The translations under genes and the position numbers were made by a program. From Nitrospirota bacterium (GTDB lineage: Bacteria > Nitrospirota > UBA9217), in NCBI GenBank assembly GCA_963754875.1, contig CAVWHO010000001.1, positions 14,879-78,878 of the forward strand: a stretch of 64,000 bases of DNA, in the 5' to 3' direction. Under the pieces are notes generated by a model. That model did not search any database. It was not told the origin of the DNA and was given only the letters and a program-made list of their open reading frames with translations. Shown one piece after another: positions 58,231 through 64,000 of this stretch; the first letter of the stretch is position 1, and each line of letters begins with the position of its first letter.

Positions 58231-58431
58231 GGTATCCTCCTTCATGTAATAATTATCTGATATTCTAATGGTGTCGATCACTCGTCGAGTGGTTGCAGTA
58301 TGGCCTGGCAAACCGACTATAGGGTAAAGCACTAACGCCGTCAAGTGAATATTCCCCAGCGGCCTGCGCTCGGCGCAGGAAGGTTGCGCATACTGTACTT
58401 TTCGGAACTTCGGCCAGATTCTTTAATCGAT

Positions 58432-58630
58432 TTATGAAAGAATCCCCAGTTTTCTTAAAAAATGGGCCGCTAAGACTCCGAAGAGAAAAAGGGTACCTGT
58501 TATGCCGATGAGCGTTAAAATAAAGTAGAGGAATTTCCGCGCGTGTGACAGGTCACGGGGCCTGATCGAGAGGAAGTAGACGAGGAAGCTGAAGCCAAGC
58601 CCCAGAAGGAGAAAATACGGTTTCCATCAT
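58432..58630 (-). pseudogene. small two-TM membrane protein; the start codon is out of frame by one base
   Basis: ATGATGg then KPYFLLLGLGFSFLVYFLSIRPRDLSHARKFLYFILTLIGITGTLFLFGVLAAHFLRKLGILS in the next frame. There is no in-frame start otherwise. Confidence 0.3.
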
Positions 58631-58746
58631 GTGGATTATTGTAACTAAAGGTAGAGGGGCTGTCAACCTCTTTCATGCTCCAGTCAGATAAGGATTTTTC
58701 ATTTGACAGGGCCTTATCTCTCAATTAATATTCAATCAATCCTATT

Positions 58747-59067
58747 GTGAAACGGCATGATGAAAATAGCAACGAAGAAGAATGGGAATACGGCGATGTC
58801 TGGAAACAAACGACTCCGGAGGGGGCCGTTCCCGACGATGATGTCGACTACGTTGAACTGTTGCGCGCCGATACCGGCATGGGGTATGACGACACTGTTA
58901 TGATGGATCTGGTAGGCTACCTCGGCTCCCGTGGAATCCGGGCCACTTTTGATTCCTTTTCCCTGGGGCTTGAACCCGCTGCGATCAAGATCTACGTCCT
59001 CAAGGTGGAGGCGGGGAAAGAGGGAGAAGCAACAGAGTTTCTGAAAGAAAAGTTCAGGGAACGGTGA
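58747..59067 (+). CDS. acidic hypothetical protein (DUF2007-like pattern, weak)
   Basis: 106 aa with a GTG start. VELLRAD...LVGYLGSRGIRATF...IKIYVLKVEAGKEGEATEFL. Confidence 0.35.
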   Translation: MKRHDENSNEEEWEYGDVWKQTTPEGAVPDDDVDYVELLRADTGMGYDDTVMMDLVGYLGSRGIRATFDSFSLGLEPAAIKIYVLKVEAGKEGEATEFLKEKFRER

Positions 59068-59163
59068 AAAATCAGGAGTATACGTCAAGGAGGTCCAGTG
59101 CGAACTCCGTTTCCGTGGCTTAGACTTCCTATCTTAACCCAATCTGTATCAAAGGAGAGCATC

Positions 59164-59637
59164 ATGTCGGAAGAAATAGAAATCAAGGAACTGGATGAGT
59201 CACTCGATGTCTACAAGTCCAAAGTTTCGCAGGTGAACAAGGCCACCCTCACCTGGGACAAGGACCTGATTTTTGTGGGCCGGACGAACCGCGGATATGA
59301 GGTTGAGTACGATGCTGAACAGCAATGGGGTTGCTCGCCGACAGAAACGCTCCTGTTAAGCGTTGCGGGGTGCATGGGGATCGATATGGTGTCATTCCTG
59401 AAAAAAATGAAGTGCGAAATTAAATCGTACAAGATGGACATTGTCGGCGAACGCAACCCGACGCCTCCCCAGTATTATACTGCCATGGAGATGATCATTG
59501 CCGTGACCGGCAGCGGACTCACGGCCAAGAAGCTGGAGCGGGCCATTTCTCTATCGCACGAAAAATACTGCTCCGTCTACCATACGCTTAGGAAAGATAT
59601 GAAGATGAAGGTGGACTATACATTCGAAAACGTATAA
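59164..59637 (+). CDS. OsmC/Ohr-family peroxiredoxin-like protein
   Basis: AAAGGAG RBS. LLLSVAGCMGIDMV and the second Cys in SHEKYCSVYHTL. Confidence 0.8.
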   Translation: MSEEIEIKELDESLDVYKSKVSQVNKATLTWDKDLIFVGRTNRGYEVEYDAEQQWGCSPTETLLLSVAGCMGIDMVSFLKKMKCEIKSYKMDIVGERNPTPPQYYTAMEMIIAVTGSGLTAKKLERAISLSHEKYCSVYHTLRKDMKMKVDYTFENV

Positions 59638-59732
59638 GGGCCGTGCGCTGTGCATAAAAGAAGAGTAAAAATGGCAACAAGGCTTCGTCACGTTGCCGCT
59701 GATCAGAGTTCTCGCTCCATCCCAAATTCCCC

Positions 59733-60859
59733 ATGACTTTCGTACGGCTGCTCAAAAACGGTGTTGAAGCTTTTCCCGCGATGTTTACCGCCATAGACCG
59801 GGCGTCGACATTCATCGCCCTCGAGATGTACATCGTCGCGGACAACGAGACCGGCAGGGAGTTCCGCAATCATCTTATCGATGCGGCCAGCCGGGGCGTC
59901 CGGGTCAGAGTCCTGATAGACTCCTGGGGATCCTGGAACCTGCCTGACTCTTTCTGGGACGGTCTTCGCAGCGCCGGCGGCACGGTCCGCTGGTTTCACC
60001 CGCTTTCAAAGGGGCTCTTTCCGTTCCGGGACCATAGAAAACTGTTGCTGATCGACGAACACGTTGCTTACCTCGGCGGGCTTAATATTTCCGATGAGTA
60101 CTACCGCGGCGCGAACAACGAGCGACCGTGGAGGGACAACGCGCTCGAGATAATCGGACCCGAGGTCGCTCGGCTGCGACGCTCTTTCTTCCGCATGTGG
60201 GGCATGGCGGATACCACGCTTGCAAGATTGGTTTTCAGGCTTCGGCTCGACCGCAGGGCTACGAAGGACACCGACTGCGGTGCGGTTCCTGGAAAGCGGG
60301 CCGGAGAACATGATGCGACCGGTGCGCAAAGGCGTACCTCCAGGTGATCCACAACGCGAAACATTCGATTGACCTTGCCATGGGATATTTTTACCCCCAC
60401 GGCAGGATGCTGCGGGCGCTCAAGCGGGCGGTCCGGCGCGGAGTGCGCGTACGGCTCATGATCCCGCTCCATACGGACCTGCCGATCACCCGCTGGGCCG
60501 CACACGGTCTCTATGGCAGGCTTCTTCGCGCAGGCGTGGAGGTCTGGGAGTACACTCCATCCATGATGCACGCGAAGCTCGCGATTGCCGACGATACCGT
60601 TATCGCAGGGTCTGCCAACCTTGATGTCCGGAGCGGGAGGATCAATTACGAGCTTGTCGCGATCATAACCGACGCTGAACTCGCGGGAAAGGCCCGAGCC
60701 GACTTCGATGATGATCTCAAACATTCGCTGCGCATTTGGATGGAGGATTGGCAAAAACGATCTGTGGTCCAAAAATTAAAAGAGCGGTTCAGCTATTGTC
60801 TGCTCGCGCGGTTTGATATTATCGTTGCCCGGCGGGAAATGGCGAGAAGAATGCGGTAA
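59733..60859 (+). pseudogene. phospholipase D / cardiolipin synthase B-like protein (two HKD motifs), two +1 frame breaks (before 60280 and at about 60332)
   Basis: HKD1 is RDHRKLLLIDEHVAYLGGLNISDEY and HKD2 is MMHAKLAIADDTVIAGSANLDVRS. The linker VRFLESGPENMMRPVRK lies in a third frame. Confidence 0.8.
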
Positions 60860-60932
60860 ATCCATGCGGAAGTACGGCCAGGGCTGTTTTGCATGGCCGA
60901 CCTCACAGCCAAAAGAATAGGGGGGTTGTGGT

Positions 60933-61505
60933 ATGAGACTCAAGGGGACGAAAACGGAAAAGAACCTTCTTGCTGCCTTTGCCGGTGAATCGCAGGCGCG
61001 GAACCGCTATACCTTTTTTGCGAGTGCTGCGAAAAAGGAAGGGTATGAGCAAATCTCCTCGATTTTCCTCGAAACTGCGGAGAACGAAAAGGAGCATGCC
61101 AAGCGTTTCTTTACCTTCCTCGAAGGAGGCATGGTTGAATTCACGGCGACTTTTCCGGCGGGGAAGATCGGGACCACTGCCGAGAACCTGATGGCAGCGG
61201 CCGAGGGGGAGAACGAGGAGTGGACGAAACTGTATCCGGGCGCCGCGGACATCGCCCAACAGGAAGGATTTTCGGATGTGGCCGCAGCATTTCGGTTTAT
61301 CGCCAAGGTGGAAGTGGAACACGAAAAGCGGTATCGAAAGCTTCTCATAAATATTGAAAAGGGGAAGGTCTTTAAAAAGGATGCGGCCTCTACCTGGATC
61401 TGCCGGAACTGCGGTTATCACCACGAAGGCGTTGAGGCTCCGGGGAAGTGCCCCACGTGCCTGCATCCGCAAAGCTTTTTTGAGTTGTGGGAAGAAAATT
61501 ATTGA
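60933..61505 (+). CDS. rbr: rubrerythrin
   Basis: Di-iron helices (EKNLLAAFAGESQARNRY, ENEKEHAKRF) plus a C-terminal rubredoxin-like CRNCG...CPTC. Confidence 0.9.
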   Translation: MRLKGTKTEKNLLAAFAGESQARNRYTFFASAAKKEGYEQISSIFLETAENEKEHAKRFFTFLEGGMVEFTATFPAGKIGTTAENLMAAAEGENEEWTKLYPGAADIAQQEGFSDVAAAFRFIAKVEVEHEKRYRKLLINIEKGKVFKKDAASTWICRNCGYHHEGVEAPGKCPTCLHPQSFFELWEENY

Positions 61506-61601
61506 TCCTTGGAACAACGTTCATTGTGAATCCCGCGACTTGCAATCCCCGGCTCCCGCCGGGGGTTCGCGCCGTAGGCCGCGGGAGGTCGCGTTATTCA
61601 G

Positions 61602-61636
61602 GGGAGCCTCCGGCTCCTGCCGGAGGGGGCTCCACT
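61602..61636. repeat. GC-rich palindromic extragenic element, copy B
   Basis: gggagcctccggctcctgccggagggggctccact. Compare 7555-7589. Confidence 0.6.
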
Positions 61637-61772
61637 TGGCGGGAATTGCCAGGAATCGGCTGGAAAAGGAAAGGTTGCGTGCCGTTTTTACTGGGCCGGA
61701 TTTCCTGTTGCAAACAGGGTGGGCAGCGACGTATAATGTCTTGTTCTTTGATGGTTGTTTTAGGAGGTTGTT

Positions 61773-62078
61773 ATGATGGATACCACAAACTGGAAGGTCA
61801 CCGAGGCCCCGACCTGCCCGCATTGCAAGACGACAATGGAGAAAATGGACTCGCGCCACCTGGATTGGGAATCCCCCTATCTTTGGGTCTGCTTCAATGA
61901 CACGTGTACGTTGTTCAAAAAAGGCTGGAATCACATGATGGAGAGCTACGGTCAGCTCGTTTCCTACCGTTTTATGATTCACCCCCAAAGCGGCGAGTCC
62001 GGGGTCATCCCCGCCTTCAGCCAGCAGTATCTGCAGGAAAATAGTAAATCTAAAAACACAAACTGCGACCCAGAGTAG
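61773..62078 (+). CDS. small Cys-rich hypothetical protein (CPHC...C...C)
   Basis: 101 aa with an AGGAGG RBS. No family recognised. Confidence 0.45.
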   Translation: MMDTTNWKVTEAPTCPHCKTTMEKMDSRHLDWESPYLWVCFNDTCTLFKKGWNHMMESYGQLVSYRFMIHPQSGESGVIPAFSQQYLQENSKSKNTNCDPE

Positions 62079-62094
62079 ACTCGACGCAGGTGAA

Positions 62095-62137
62095 TAAAAA
62101 AAGCCGGGAACTTAATCGTTCCCGGCTTTTTGTTTTT
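62095..62137. terminator. bidirectional intrinsic terminator
   Basis: A7-agccgggaac-ttaatc-gttcccggct-ttttgttttt, lying between convergent genes. Confidence 0.8.
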
Positions 62138-62169
62138 ATGGCGGTCGCAGCGACGATCGCTTCTTGTGC

Positions 62170-64000
62170 TCAGGCTTTCGCCGCAGCAGGAGAAAGCTTG
62201 CTTTCCGTTTTCATCGCTTCGATTTTTACGGCGCAGACCTTGAACTCGGGGATCTTTACCACGGGGTCGAGCGCGTCATTCGTGATCACGTTGGCTGCGG
62301 CCTCACGATAGTGCATGGGGATGAACACGACACCCTGGGGAATGCCGCGCGTTACCCTTGCCTTGAGCTCCACTGCTCCCCGTACTGAACTCACCCTGAT
62401 CGTGTCACCGTTTTTGACGCCGAGCTTTCCGGAGTCAACGGGATTGATTTCAACATATGCCTCGCCGGCATGGCTCTCAATGGCCTCCACTCTGCGCGTC
62501 ATGGACCCGGAATGGTACTGGAAGAGGTTCCGTCCTGTCGTGAGGATGAAGGGATACTGTTTATCGGTAACTTCCGCCGGAGGAGTGAACGGAATGATTG
62601 CGAAAGGCACTTTCCCCTTCGGGAACCCGTCCTTGTACAGATATTCGGTGCCGGGATGGTCCTTCGTGGGGCAGGGCCAGGCAAGTCCGTTCTTCTCGAT
62701 CCGGTCGTAGGTGATCCCTCCCATGGCCGGCCAGAGCCTGCCGAACTCCTCCAAAACCTTCTCAGGCGTAATATTCTCCATGGGATACCCGAGGGCGCCT
62801 GAAAGCGTGGCGATGATGGACAGGTCATCGCGGACCTGTCCGGGCGGATCTACGGCTTTCCGGACGCGCTGGACCTTGCGCTCGGTGTTGGAAAAGGTGC
62901 CGTCCTTTTCAAAAGAACAGGTCGCAGGCAGGACCACGTCGGCCAGTTGGGCTGTCTCGGTCATGAAAATGTCCTGGACCACGAGGAACTCGAGCGAATC
63001 GAGCGCCTTGATCGTGTGGTGCATGTTGGCGTCGGTGATGATGGGGTTCTCGCCCATGATATAGAGGGCCTTGAGCTTCTTGCTTACTGCCGCATCCATC
63101 ATCTCGGTGGCGGTGAGCCCGGCCTTGGAAGAGAGCGCCACGCCCCAGGCCTTCTCGAATTTTTCTTTGATCTCGGGCGCGTCGAGCTTCTGGTACCCGG
63201 GAAAGACGTTCGGGAGGCACGCCGCATCGGACGCGCCCTGGACGTTGTTCTGGCCCCGGAGGGGATTGACGCCCGTGGATTCCCGCCCGATGTTGCCGGT
63301 GAGCGTTGCCAGGTTCGCGACTGCCTTCACATTGTCCGTGCCGCAGGCATGCTGGGTGATGCCCATGGTGTAGAACAGTCCTGCGCAACGGGACTTGCCG
63401 TACAGCCTGGCTGCCTTGACGATGAGGTCTTTCGGCACGCCGGTGGTCTTTTCGACCTTCTCCGGCGTGAACTCCTTGAGCGACTGCTTCCACTGCTCGA
63501 AGCCTTCGGTCTTGTCGCGGATGAAGTCGTCGTTCTGCAGCCCTTCGCTCACGATCACCTGGGCGATCCCGTTCAGGAGCGCGATATCGGTGCCCGGCTG
63601 GAGCTTGAGGTGCAGTTCGGCAAACTTCACCAGGGGTACCTGGCGCGGATCGGCAATGATGATCTTTGCGCCCTTGCGGTACGCTTTGATCATCCTGTTC
63701 GCGATCACGGGATGCGACTCCTTGGTGTTGGAGCCGATGATGAAGATGACCTCCATGCCTTCGATCTCGCGGATCGAGTTGGTCATTGCACCGGAACCGA
63801 ATATGGCGGCCAGCCCGGCCACCGTCGGAGAGTGTCAGAGACGGGCGCAGTGGTCGACGTTGTTGGTGCCGACCCCCGCGCGCATGAGTTTCTGGAAGGC
63901 GTAGTTTTCTTCGTTCGTGCAGCGGGCCGAGGACAGGCCGCCGATGGCATCAGGACCGTGCTTTTCCTTGATCTACCGGAGCCGTTCTGTTGTGAAGGAG
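62170..64000 (-). CDS. formate dehydrogenase alpha subunit (molybdopterin oxidoreductase), selenocysteine-containing; N-terminus beyond the window; in-frame TAG at 63973-63975
   Basis: Continuous frame ...[68 protein letters not shown]. The TGA at 63835-63837 aligns with the FDH Sec position. The C-terminal MopB barrel is [16 protein letters not shown]. Confidence 0.85.
63797..63828 (-). promoter_or_regulatory. candidate bacterial SECIS hairpin
   Basis: mRNA reads UGA-cacucu-CCGA-c-GGUGGCC-gggcu-GGCCGCC-auau-UCGG. The upper stem begins 11 nt after the UGA. Confidence 0.5.

Noticed and set aside
37657-61636. Checked all repeat families (twin GC hairpins, GC palindromes, gttcaaagttca units, REPs, dyad boxes, attC-like sites) for CRISPR-like repeat-spacer periodicity
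   Set aside because: None shows three or more identical 24-40 bp direct repeats with unique spacers of constant length, and no cas genes are present.

Overview
Chromosomal window from a GC-rich anaerobe (GC judged by eye, not computed). Gene content looks Desulfobacterota/Nitrospirota-like: multihaem cytochrome c, selenocysteine formate dehydrogenase, rubrerythrin, A/V-type ATPase, and many two-component and cyclic-nucleotide signalling genes. Left to right: trpB (end) and trpA; a Crp-like receptor, CHASE2 class III cyclase and class II phosphodiesterase trio; accD; a frameshifted MFS gene; a patch of gene remnants around an AT-rich hybrid histidine kinase plus receiver pair (7.1-12.2 kb); a DD-carboxypeptidase, ECF sigma/anti-sigma and lepB; then exbB-exbD-tonB. 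Between tonB (ends 16724) and the TonB-dependent receptor (starts 24882) lies an ~8 kb, visibly AT-richer accessory island. It opens with a near-consensus promoter and five 18-bp dyad boxes. A same-strand array of short unrelated ORFs follows, four of them each trailed by a 54-60 bp attC-like site (integron-type cassette array, no integrase seen). The array is interrupted by an IS1182-family element and an IS4-family element (perfect 18-bp IRs, 9-bp target duplication). It ends at a REP-associated tyrosine transposase (RAYT) bracketed by four GTAG-type REP hairpins. Further right: ald, a LysM protein, an NtrY-like kinase, rhodanese, ogg and a REC-PilZ regulator. Then comes a tightly packed minus-strand operon (nonahaem cytochrome c, cytochrome b, UbiE-type methyltransferase, unknown protein, B12-binding radical SAM enzyme) and a geranylgeranyl-reductase family gene. 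A complete nine-gene A/V-type ATPase operon follows, with reading frames broken about 17 times. The window ends with surface and outer-membrane proteins, OsmC, a frameshifted PLD/ClsB-like gene, rubrerythrin and most of a Sec(UGA) formate dehydrogenase alpha subunit. No rRNA, tRNA or CRISPR array was recognised. Most frame breaks (about 18 of 22 traced) are +1 (one extra base), so consensus error versus real gene decay has to be settled with reads.
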